Positions 42,543 to 50,471 of a stretch of DNA of 58,225 bases are shown piece after piece; the stretch's first letter is position 1; every line of letters starts with the position of its first letter. The notes under the pieces were generated by a model. The model saw only the letters and a list, made by a program, of their open reading frames with translations, was not told the DNA's origin and did no database searches. Origin of the DNA: a virus; the IMG/VR virus record IMGVR_UViG_3300001167_000001, positions 1 through 58,225 of that record, one strand, 5' to 3'. The position numbers were made by a program, and so were the translations under genes.

Positions 42543-42713
42543 CCTTCTACACCCCTCAAAAAGAGTTGTAAAGAGTTTTCATGAATTTTTGTGAATTTTA
42601 TTTTACACCATGAATTTGTTGTAAATTTACCACAATATGGGATTGTAAACTCACAGTAAAAAGCCGTAAATTTACAACGCATATATTCAATCAGCCCCTT
42701 CGAGTGGCGGGGT
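42543..42713. promoter_or_regulatory. AT-rich divergent early control region with repeated TGTAAATTTACA-type operators
   Basis: Near-palindromes TGTAAATTTACc (42620..42631) and cGTAAATTTACA (42665..42676). Half-sites TTGTAAAG (42566) and TTGTAAAC (42643). About 21-bp direct repeat CATGAATTT(T/G)T(G/T)GT(G/A)AATTTA at 42580 and 42609. Confidence 0.6.
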
Positions 42714-42788
42714 GTGAGAGCTAAGCAGTACACACCCACTAGACGAGGGGAAGCGAGAAAGAGTATCATCCAACCGGACAAAGGCACA

Positions 42789-43253
42789 ATGAGTAACCTA
42801 GTCACTTTAAGTAACCACGTCAGGCTGCCTGAGTTGGCTGTACGTACGGCTAACCTGCATCAGGACCGGATAAACGCGCTCGTACGGATGAATAGTCCGA
42901 CTCTCACTACGGCCTGCAGACAAGCCGGATTGCCGATCGAACTGGCGGAACTCTGCGGTGGGTTGCTCGCGAGCGTGGTGGACGACCTTGTGGCGATCGG
43001 GAATCTGCGGCGTACGGATTTCGAGCGCACAAAGCGCAAGCAACGCGTTCTAGCGGCTGCCGATGAGCCTGCGGCGTCGGCCCTGCGGATTGCCATTGTC
43101 GCGTCGCCGGTCAATGGGCAGGCTGCTGTGGCTCATTGGGACGCCATCTGCGAGGGTTACGAACTCGGCAAGTTGGCCTGGCTGCTCGGTATGGACACCG
43201 AGACAAGCTGGGGTTATGGTCGCCGGATGGAAAAGCGAAATAATCGTGTCTAG
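42789..43253 (+). CDS. First gene of the rightward early operon, hypothetical (154 aa)
   Basis: ATG 42789 within tracked ORF 42714..43253. Confidence 0.5.
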   Translation: MSNLVTLSNHVRLPELAVRTANLHQDRINALVRMNSPTLTTACRQAGLPIELAELCGGLLASVVDDLVAIGNLRRTDFERTKRKQRVLAAADEPAASALRIAIVASPVNGQAAVAHWDAICEGYELGKLAWLLGMDTETSWGYGRRMEKRNNRV

Positions 43254-43257
43254 GGGG

Positions 43258-43286
43258 TTGACAGGGTTTTGTGGCGTGCTAGTGTA
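43258..43286 (+). promoter_or_regulatory. Sigma70-like promoter candidate
   Basis: TTGACA (43258..43263), 16-17 nt spacer, TAGTGT/AGTGTA. Intergenic, upstream of 43324. Confidence 0.3.
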
Positions 43287-43323
43287 CGTACATCGAAAAC
43301 GAAGAGCCGCTGGAGAGCGAAAA

Positions 43324-43491
43324 ATGATTAAGCTGGTAGAAAAGAAAAACCACGACGCGGTGCATGCCTTATTTGATGACCGCACCCGTGCTGAACAGCA
43401 TTTACAAGTTATTATTCCTGATTTTGTACGACGCGGTTTGTTTATGGATAAGACACTAACTGCCGACAGTTTTGAAATTATTGAAGATTGA
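43324..43491 (+). CDS. Hypothetical small protein (55 aa)
   Basis: CGCTGGAGAGCGA leader 3 nt before the ATG. MIKLVEKKNHDAVHALFDDRTRAEQHL... Confidence 0.5.
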   Translation: MIKLVEKKNHDAVHALFDDRTRAEQHLQVIIPDFVRRGLFMDKTLTADSFEIIED

Positions 43492-43516
43492 AACCTCAAA
43501 CCGCTGGAGAGCGACC

Positions 43517-43927
43517 ATGAACACGAACCTCCCCGCCCTTGAAATCGTTTACGACACGCTGCAAACCGCGCTTGCGCAGCTGCAAGCCATCAACGCCGAC
43601 GCCATCGAAAGCGCCAATCTTGTGCCGATGGTCAAGGCCGTGCAGGCGATCGGTGCGTTCCAAGCTGCTATCGACGCGCAAATCCAGGCGCGTGCGATCG
43701 GCAACGGTGAGTTGATCCCCGGCGTCGTCGTGAAAGACAGCGTTGTGCATCGCCGCTGGTCAGATCCCGAAGTCGCCGCGCAGCTCGCGCAAGAGACGAT
43801 CGGTGATAAGGCTTTCAGCCGTACGCTGTTGTCGCCGGCACAGATGGAAAAGCTGGGCGATGATGGCAAGTCGTTTGTTGCTGTGGCTTCGTTCAAGCCG
43901 GAAGCTGGCAAGTGTGTGGTGTACTGA
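43517..43927 (+). CDS. Stand-alone paralogue of the C-terminal domain of the Cas4-like nuclease (136 aa)
   Basis: PGVVVKDSVVHRRWSDPEVAAQL...LLSPAQMEKLGDDGKSFVAVASFKPEAGKCVVY versus PGAVLKPGRSFRQWNDQEQAAKV...PISPAQAEKLGPAGKQYAAVGAHKPEGQLKASY in 31846..32841. Confidence 0.55.
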   Translation: MNTNLPALEIVYDTLQTALAQLQAINADAIESANLVPMVKAVQAIGAFQAAIDAQIQARAIGNGELIPGVVVKDSVVHRRWSDPEVAAQLAQETIGDKAFSRTLLSPAQMEKLGDDGKSFVAVASFKPEAGKCVVY

Positions 43928-44029
43928 TATGGAAATCGCTCAATTTCTTACGCAGTGGTTCGATAGTCATGTGACGTGGGGCTGGCTAGGGTTTTGTCTG
44001 TTTCTCTACTGTGTCGCGCCGAGGAAGTG

Positions 44030-44227
44030 GTGACCCGCTACCATCGCAAATGGGACCGTCGCGGCAGGCTGCTCAACGCCGTACGGAAGTTGCTCGCCGG
44101 CATAATCACTGCTAGCGATAACTCAGTGATTGAGCGTGGGCAGCCACGTAGTGAGGACGCGGAGTGGTTGTACTTCCGTGCTAAGTCGATGGTCATCAGG
44201 ATAAAGAAGGAGTTGAGCCGTGGCTGA
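44030..44227 (+). CDS. Hypothetical basic protein (65 aa, GTG start)
   Basis: GAGGAAG SD. GTGA overlap with the preceding micro-ORF stop. Confidence 0.4.
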   Translation: MTRYHRKWDRRGRLLNAVRKLLAGIITASDNSVIERGQPRSEDAEWLYFRAKSMVIRIKKELSRG

Positions 44228-44387
44228 TACGTTTTTTGTTAGACCTGAAGACGCACAGCGCACCATCGACGCCAAGATCGAACGGTTGCGTCAGCGCATT
44301 AAAAATGCAAAATGGTACGAAGGCGAAGCCGCGCGCTTGGCAAATATCCTGCTCGGTGTTCTGGATTTGCTGGGGGATGAGCTATGA
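44220..44387 (+). CDS. Hypothetical small protein (55 aa, GTG start, below track cutoff)
   Basis: AAGGAG SD. Hand translation (V)ADTFFVRPEDAQRTIDAKIERLRQRIKNAKWYEGEAARLANILLGVLDLLGDEL. Confidence 0.4.
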   Translation: MADTFFVRPEDAQRTIDAKIERLRQRIKNAKWYEGEAARLANILLGVLDLLGDEL

Positions 44388-44571
44388 GCAAACTTGATGA
44401 AGCATGGCCTTGGGTTGGCGTGCTGTTGTTTTGTGCGCTCGCAACAGCGGTGCCGAGCATCATCGCGCATTTGATTGTGCTGTACGGAGGTTGAACAATG
44501 CCGTACACAGTAGAGCTCGCACATAACGATGGTGGCGGTTTTGAACGCTATTGCTTCGATTGGAACGAGAT

Positions 44572-44772
44572 ATGACCCTCCAAGAATTCGCCGCGCTCAA
44601 AGTCGGCGACAAGATCGAAAACCACGCCATTGGCGGTACGGGTCACGGCGAGATTGTGGAAACAACGCCCAGCGGCGTGCGTGTTGTGTGGGGTCCGCGC
44701 CACGATCGTGAAACGAAATTTTTCTACAGTGTCGTCGGTACGGCCTGGATGCAGTGGAGCAAAGTGTTGTGA
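44572..44772 (+). CDS. Hypothetical protein (66 aa)
   Basis: ATG 44572 within the tracked ORF. SH3-like composition (VGDKIENHAIGGTGHGEIVE). Confidence 0.5.
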   Translation: MTLQEFAALKVGDKIENHAIGGTGHGEIVETTPSGVRVVWGPRHDRETKFFYSVVGTAWMQWSKVL

Positions 44773-45251
44773 TCTGGAGCGATAAGCAAATTGCGCTGCT
44801 CAAAAAGCTCTGGCCCCAAGGTTTGCCGGCGGGTCAAATTGCCGACGAAATCGGCGTTGGGCGTAATGCTGTGGTTGGCAAAGCGCGTCGGCTCGGCTTA
44901 GGAGAGCATTCGGGGAGTACGCGGAATTTGCAGTTACGCGCCGCACAACGAGTTACGCCGCAAAAGTCGGGACCTGTATCAACACGGTTAAAAATACGTG
45001 GCCGACATGGCGCGTTTGGGGCTGGGTTAGAATTACAAGTTGCGCCGTCTATTTTGCCACTGATGCCCGACGGTTCCAACATCCCACCCGCACAACGCCG
45101 TACATTGTTGCAACTCAAACCCGGCGTCTGCAAATGGCCCTTCGGCGAACCGCAGTCCCACGATTTCTTTTTCTGCGGCGGCGACGCTATCGAGGGCAAG
45201 CCATATTGCGCGGGCCATTGTCGCGTGGCTTATCAGGCTCCCAAGCGCTAA
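44769..45251 (+). CDS. gcrA: GcrA-family cell-cycle regulator homologue (160 aa, GTG start)
   Basis: N-terminus WSDKQIALLKKLWPQGLPAGQIADEIGVGRNAVVGKARRLGL. C-terminus CKWPFGEPQSHDFFFCGGDAIEGKPYCAGHCRVAYQ. Both GcrA signature regions are present. Confidence 0.75.
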   Translation: MIWSDKQIALLKKLWPQGLPAGQIADEIGVGRNAVVGKARRLGLGEHSGSTRNLQLRAAQRVTPQKSGPVSTRLKIRGRHGAFGAGLELQVAPSILPLMPDGSNIPPAQRRTLLQLKPGVCKWPFGEPQSHDFFFCGGDAIEGKPYCAGHCRVAYQAPKR

Positions 45252-45257
45252 AGGAAA

Positions 45258-45983
45258 CATGCTTATCCGGTTTAAACACACAAAAGTTCCGAGCCACTAA
45301 ATGTTGATGCAACCAAAACCTAAGGCTCTCGACCTGTTTTGCGGCGCTGGCGGCGCAACCATGGGGCTGCATAATGCTGGCTTTGAAGTGGTCGGCGTCG
45401 ATTTGAGACCGCAGCCGCATTACCCCTTCCGCTTCGTCCGCGCCGACGCGCTGAGACCCCCCTTTGACTTGCGAGAATTTGACCTTGTGTGGGCTTCCCC
45501 GCCTTGTCAGGCGCACGTCGGCTTTAATGCTTCCTGGAACGACCACCAGCACGTTTCGCTTATCGATGAGACCCGCAAGCTGTTGGCAGGGCATCCTAGA
45601 TACGTGATCGAAAACGTCGTCGGGGCGCCGCTGCGCAACCCGATGACCCTTTGCGGAACACATTTTGGCCTGGGAGTACGCCGGCATCGGCGTTTCGAGA
45701 CCAATTTCGGCTGTACCGCTCGGAAAGCTTGCTCTTGCCGGGGCAAAAAGCTTGTCGGCGTGTACGGCGACCATCCACAAGGCCATTTCGGCGATGGGTA
45801 TCGGATACCGCGTGCGCGCTCGATCGCAGAGGCGCGGGAGGCTATGGGCATCGATTGGATGGATTGGCGTGAAATCACGCAAGCTATTCCTCCCGCCTAT
45901 TCCGAGTACATCGGGCGTGCTGCCTTGGCCCATTTGCAACAGACACAAGATGTAGAGCTGTGTGTTTAAACCGGATAAGCATG
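45258..45983. mobile_element. 726-bp TIR-bounded cassette carrying only a C5-methyltransferase gene; 8-bp target-site duplication
   Basis: Perfect 25-bp inverted repeats at 45258..45282 and 45959..45983. AAAGGAAA lies directly outside both ends (45250..45257, 45984..45991). Confidence 0.8.
45301..45969 (+). CDS. Compact DNA (cytosine-5)-methyltransferase (222 aa)
   Basis: Motif I DLFCGAGG, IV SPPCQ, VI ENV, VIII RRHRRF, X QAIPPAYSEYIG. Confidence 0.8.
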   Translation: MLMQPKPKALDLFCGAGGATMGLHNAGFEVVGVDLRPQPHYPFRFVRADALRPPFDLREFDLVWASPPCQAHVGFNASWNDHQHVSLIDETRKLLAGHPRYVIENVVGAPLRNPMTLCGTHFGLGVRRHRRFETNFGCTARKACSCRGKKLVGVYGDHPQGHFGDGYRIPRARSIAEAREAMGIDWMDWREITQAIPPAYSEYIGRAALAHLQQTQDVELCV

Positions 45984-46134
45984 AAAGGAAACACTGTGGT
46001 AGGCAATCAAAAAGCCATCTTATGGATTTGGGGCGTGGGGTTTGCAGTCGCAATTATAATTGTATTTGCCGCCTAAGTGACAAACCAGCCCTAACCGTGC
46101 TACCGTCCCGCAATTCAGTTGCGGAGCGGTCAAA

Positions 46135-49100
46135 ATGTCTGACGTATTCGGCGGCGGCCTCGATACACAATCGGGCGCGTCGGTCTACAACGGCGATGGT
46201 AGCGGTGCGCTGCCTGCCGGCGGCTTGGACATGCCGACTGCGCAGCCACAGGCGCCCGCACCACAGCCGCCAGCGCAATCGAGTCCGACGTTCGGCAGTT
46301 CGTTCATATCGCCGTTCTCGAACTATAAGCCGCTGGAGGATCCGAAAGCGTCGGCACTCGATCAATCGGCCAGCTTGCTGCAACAGCGCATCACGCGTGC
46401 CAGCAAAATAGCGACCAATCCGCTTGCGGCGTTCTTCATGCCCGAGCAAGTGCAGGCAGCCCGCGACGCCGTGCCGAAGATGACTGAGCAACTCCAGCAA
46501 ATTCAGACGCAAAAAGCAGCTGTACAGGCTGGCCGTGCGCAAGCGCAAACGCTGGGCTTGACACCGGACGAGGCGCCGGATCAAGCGACAATGGAAGATC
46601 GTATTGCGGTCGCCTCGAACAAAGCACTCAGAGGCGACCTGCAAGCATTCCAGGGTATCGCAGCCGTCGCGCCCGACAAGGCGGCTGCCCTTGCTCCACA
46701 GGTCTACGCAGCGTTGGGCGGCCATTTGAATAACGCGCAGACTGCTTTCGACAGCCTGTCAGGCATGGAAAACGAAGGACAATATCAAGCCAAGATCAAA
46801 CAACTGCGTCAAGATGGTACGTTGACCGATCTTGAAAGCGCCGGTTTGAAATTGCCACCGACGTTCGACGCATTCAAGGCTGCGGCGCCGGCCGAAGCGT
46901 TGGCACTTCGTAATGCGCGTGCTGCGTTGAACGCACAAGGGCAGGCGATAGAACAGCGCAACACCTACGTTCCGATGGAAAGCAAAGAGCAGGATACGTA
47001 CAAAGGCGCGCTGAAAACTGTGTACGGCGATGAGCTAAATCTAGGCCCGTGGTCGCGCAATGGTGCGTCGGGCACACGCGGTCAGCTCGCAAATGGCATC
47101 GCGACTGTGGATGACTACGGCAAGACGGGTAGCGCCGCGACGGCGGACCAGCGCAAGGAAATCAAGGAAGCGTTCGCTGCTGCCGCGCCCCCGGCGGACG
47201 TTGAAAAGTATCGCGGGTTTAACCGTATTTACGACATAGCGACGAAGGACGCGAAGGGCAATCCGCTGCCGGCCGATAAGATCAACACCAACCCGAACGT
47301 ACAGCAAGGCGTCGCCGAAGGCTTGGCGTCCATGCTGCGCGGCGGCCGTGCCAGCGCCAATGTCGGCTTGCTGAATATCGAGACCGCCAAGCGTGGCGTG
47401 ATGCAAGCCATGTTTGACAAGATTCAGAGCGGGTACGCTGGCGCGCTTAACGCGCTCACAGGCAATGAAGTGCGGCCGTACTTGACAGGGGTTACGCAAG
47501 ATCAGATTCGTCAAGTCATAGACGGTCTGAAGCAGTGGAACGATGCGAGCATTGGCGACCGCGCGACCGGAATCGCGCGACGCGCGGGTGCGCTCGGCAT
47601 GGACGCGTCGGCACTGGGATTAGGCCAGGACGAAGCAAACGGCGTTATCAATAACGCAATTGAGGAAGGCCGCCGTGCGCAAGTCGAACGCATGCGCCCG
47701 TACTTTCAGCCGATCGGCGCGGGTAACGGCGTGTTGCAGCTCGGCGCGCAACGCCCCGGTGCGGGGCCGATTAGCCTGCCACCCGGATCGCAGCCGGCTA
47801 ACCAGATTCCGGGCGCACAACCCCTCTTGACGCCCGTACAGCAAGCGGGGCAGAATACCAACGTTGTTGCGCCCTCATCAGCACAACAACCCGTACCGTC
47901 GCCGGCTTCGCCCCCCAATACGAGCCCCGGCGGCGGTGCGGGCCAGCCTCCAGCGCCGCCGCAGCGACCTGTTACAGTCGCAGGCCAGCAAGTCAATGTT
48001 TCGCTGCCGCCGGGCGCTTCGCCTGCGTACGTGACTTCGCTACAACGCATTGAAACCGGCGGCGCTCGCAATCCGTGGACCGCGAAGGCCGACAGCACAA
48101 GCGCGGGCGGTGCGTATCAGTTTATCAAATCGACGTGGGACGCGAACAAGCCGCCCGGCGCTCCAGCGCGTGCGCAAGATGCCACGCCGGAACAACAAAC
48201 GGCTGCGCTTGAAAAACTAACAAATACGAATGCGTCGGCGCTGCAAAGCGCCGGAATACCTGTCAACGATACAAGCCTGTACGTCGCGCATAATCTTGGC
48301 GCGACCGGCGCGGCTTCGCTATTAAGGGCCAATCCAAACGCCGATGCACGTACGGTTGTCGGCGAGGCTGCCGCAAAGAACGACCCGCTATTTTTCAGGG
48401 GGCGCCCGACTGTTGCGACGGTGTTGCAGCGTTATGCCGATGCCGTGGGTAGCAACGCAGGTCCGGGCGGCCAACCCGGCAGTCCCACACCAAATTTGAC
48501 GCCGTTGCAGCGCGAAGCACTGGCACGGCGCGGGGTGGACACTTCGGCTCCGGGGCCGACGTCTGAGCAGCGGGCCGACCAGTGGGACCAGACGCGTGAG
48601 GGTTTAGCCGACGCCGCGCCTGCCGCACTTTCAACGGTTGGCGCTGCAGGCGGCGCGCTTACCGCCCCCGTTACCGGCCCGTTTGGCGCCGTGGGCGGCG
48701 GTGCGGCTGGCGGCTACGTCGGCAACGTTGCGAAGAACTACCTGAAGGGCAAGCCGCAAAACCAAATCGAGAATGCAGAACAAGCTGCGCTTGGTGGTTT
48801 GCTTAGTGTCGCGGGGCCGGCGCGACTGGCGACAAAAGCAGGACTCGCGGTGCTCGCGGGCCAGACAGCCGGAAGTGCCGCTATCGAAGCGGGCACAGTC
48901 GGGGCGGAAGGCGGCAGCGGCCCTGAAATGGTTGACGCTGGCTTGCGCGGCGGGGCCGAAGGTCTTGGCGGTAGACTGTTTGGGCACGCGCTCGGCATGG
49001 GGCTGAATAAAGTTTATAGCTTGTTTACGACCGACGCGCAAAAGACCGTACAAGCCGCTGCGAAGGACCTGCACGAAGCAAATCAAACGTTAGCTACGAC

Positions 49101-50184
49101 GGAGCCAAAATTACCGGGTGAGGGCGCTGGCGACAATCCGAAGTACGTAGCCGCACAGGCTGCGAAGGATAAAGCCGAGGCCACGATTAAAGACATGCTA
49201 CCAAATGCGAAGCCGGATGAAGTGGCGTACGCACACAAGGTTACGTCGGAAGGCGACGTACCGCGCGGCGAGGCCGTGGTTATGGGCCGTGCGACGAGCG
49301 CAGCAAACGAGACATCGCAGGGCTACAATCAATTAACGCAAAACGCACGCGAAGCAGGCGTTGGCGCACCAAAAGCGAATCAGCCGACGCCGGATGGACC
49401 GCTTGCGCAGATACGTACAGATAGCAATCCAACTGCTCCGGTCGAAGAAAAATTTACCCCTGATGCCGTGAATGCCGAAAGGCTGGTTAAGGCGCCTGCT
49501 GCCGATTGGGGCGTAAAATGGGGGCAGCTACAGCAAGCCGGTAAAGAGTTGATTCAAAAGCGCATGGCATTCTTATCGCAAGGCGACAAGTATAGCGCCG
49601 ATCAGATGGACGCTATTTTTCAGGGCGTGCGCAATCAACAGATAGCGGCGGCAAAATACGTGTACGGACCCGCAAAGGCTCCGCAGGCTATCGACCAATT
49701 GAAGCAGTTAGACAAGAGCTGGGCGACAATCATGACCGGCTCCGGCGGTTTGAACTACGGCAGGATGCAACAAGTGTTGGAAGGCGGCAACTCGCCGGAA
49801 CGCCGTGCGATGGAAAGCGCCTTTAAGTCGTTCGCTGGCGGCGATCCAGGCGCCATGCGTGCGTTCAACGCAATGAAAGCGGGTGCGCCTGCCGACTGGA
49901 AATTGATGCTGCCGGTTATTGCGGGAGAGCTATCGGCGAATGCTGCAGGCATCCCAACGCTCGGCGCTCTTTCCGCTACGGCTGCGGCGGGTATTGGCGG
50001 CCAGCGCATATACAGGGTGATGCGTCAGTACATGAATGCCAAGGTGCTAGGTCAGCCAGTGCAGTTCAAGGACTTCTTTATGAAGGACTTGCAAGACGAC
50101 GGGACTTTGAAGGCTATTACTGGCAACGTGGCGCAGCGCGGCGCCGTACAGGGTGACGTGTTGCGCTCGGGGGCTTCGCCGTAG
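46135..50184 (+). CDS. Giant internal virion / DNA-ejection protein with lytic transglycosylase motif (1349 aa)
   Basis: Size. IETGGARNPW...STSAGGAYQFIKSTWD (SLT-type E...GxxQF..xTW) near 48040..48140. P/Q/A-rich linker near 47750..48000. Gly-rich hydrophobic segment near 48640..48960. Confidence 0.6.
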   Translation: MSDVFGGGLDTQSGASVYNGDGSGALPAGGLDMPTAQPQAPAPQPPAQSSPTFGSSFISPFSNYKPLEDPKASALDQSASLLQQRITRASKIATNPLAAFFMPEQVQAARDAVPKMTEQLQQIQTQKAAVQAGRAQAQTLGLTPDEAPDQATMEDRIAVASNKALRGDLQAFQGIAAVAPDKAAALAPQVYAALGGHLNNAQTAFDSLSGMENEGQYQAKIKQLRQDGTLTDLESAGLKLPPTFDAFKAAAPAEALALRNARAALNAQGQAIEQRNTYVPMESKEQDTYKGALKTVYGDELNLGPWSRNGASGTRGQLANGIATVDDYGKTGSAATADQRKEIKEAFAAAAPPADVEKYRGFNRIYDIATKDAKGNPLPADKINTNPNVQQGVAEGLASMLRGGRASANVGLLNIETAKRGVMQAMFDKIQSGYAGALNALTGNEVRPYLTGVTQDQIRQVIDGLKQWNDASIGDRATGIARRAGALGMDASALGLGQDEANGVINNAIEEGRRAQVERMRPYFQPIGAGNGVLQLGAQRPGAGPISLPPGSQPANQIPGAQPLLTPVQQAGQNTNVVAPSSAQQPVPSPASPPNTSPGGGAGQPPAPPQRPVTVAGQQVNVSLPPGASPAYVTSLQRIETGGARNPWTAKADSTSAGGAYQFIKSTWDANKPPGAPARAQDATPEQQTAALEKLTNTNASALQSAGIPVNDTSLYVAHNLGATGAASLLRANPNADARTVVGEAAAKNDPLFFRGRPTVATVLQRYADAVGSNAGPGGQPGSPTPNLTPLQREALARRGVDTSAPGPTSEQRADQWDQTREGLADAAPAALSTVGAAGGALTAPVTGPFGAVGGGAAGGYVGNVAKNYLKGKPQNQIENAEQAALGGLLSVAGPARLATKAGLAVLAGQTAGSAAIEAGTVGAEGGSGPEMVDAGLRGGAEGLGGRLFGHALGMGLNKVYSLFTTDAQKTVQAAAKDLHEANQTLATTEPKLPGEGAGDNPKYVAAQAAKDKAEATIKDMLPNAKPDEVAYAHKVTSEGDVPRGEAVVMGRATSAANETSQGYNQLTQNAREAGVGAPKANQPTPDGPLAQIRTDSNPTAPVEEKFTPDAVNAERLVKAPAADWGVKWGQLQQAGKELIQKRMAFLSQGDKYSADQMDAIFQGVRNQQIAAAKYVYGPAKAPQAIDQLKQLDKSWATIMTGSGGLNYGRMQQVLEGGNSPERRAMESAFKSFAGGDPGAMRAFNAMKAGAPADWKLMLPVIAGELSANAAGIPTLGALSATAAAGIGGQRIYRVMRQYMNAKVLGQPVQFKDFFMKDLQDDGTLKAITGNVAQRGAVQGDVLRSGASP

Positions 50185-50241
50185 TTGACAAGCGTACGGA
50201 TAAAGGTGTACATCTCGTTACCTATGTAACGGAGGTTAAAA

Positions 50242-50460
50242 ATGGATGAAGTTCAACTCAGGAGCATGGATTTCAGTAAAACCGCGCCGGCGTTCAAGGT
50301 TGGCGATACTGTGATGCTCACAAGTGGCGGCCACTTAATGACCGTCATCGGCATTGACCGCGAAGGCGTAGTTACTTGCGCGTGGTCTTTTGATGAAGAT
50401 ATTAAATGCGAAGATTTCCCGATTTCCGCGCTGTTTAAAGCTACAAAAGCGTCGAGGTAA
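50242..50460 (+). CDS. DUF2158/YodC-like small protein (72 aa)
   Basis: GGAGG SD. FKVGDTVMLTSGGHLMTVIGI...VTCAWF-type motif. Confidence 0.55.
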   Translation: MDEVQLRSMDFSKTAPAFKVGDTVMLTSGGHLMTVIGIDREGVVTCAWSFDEDIKCEDFPISALFKATKASR

Positions 50461-50471
50461 CGCACTAGATC

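Noticed and set aside
45187-46053. 288-aa minus-strand ORF across the methyltransferase cassette
   Set aside because: It is antisense to a methyltransferase with all canonical motifs, has no motif of its own, and has R/S/C-rich shadow-frame composition.
50185-50213. TTGACA immediately after the 1349-aa gene stop, as a possible promoter for 50242
   Set aside because: No acceptable -10 hexamer lies at 16-18 nt spacing (only GTACAT or TACATC).
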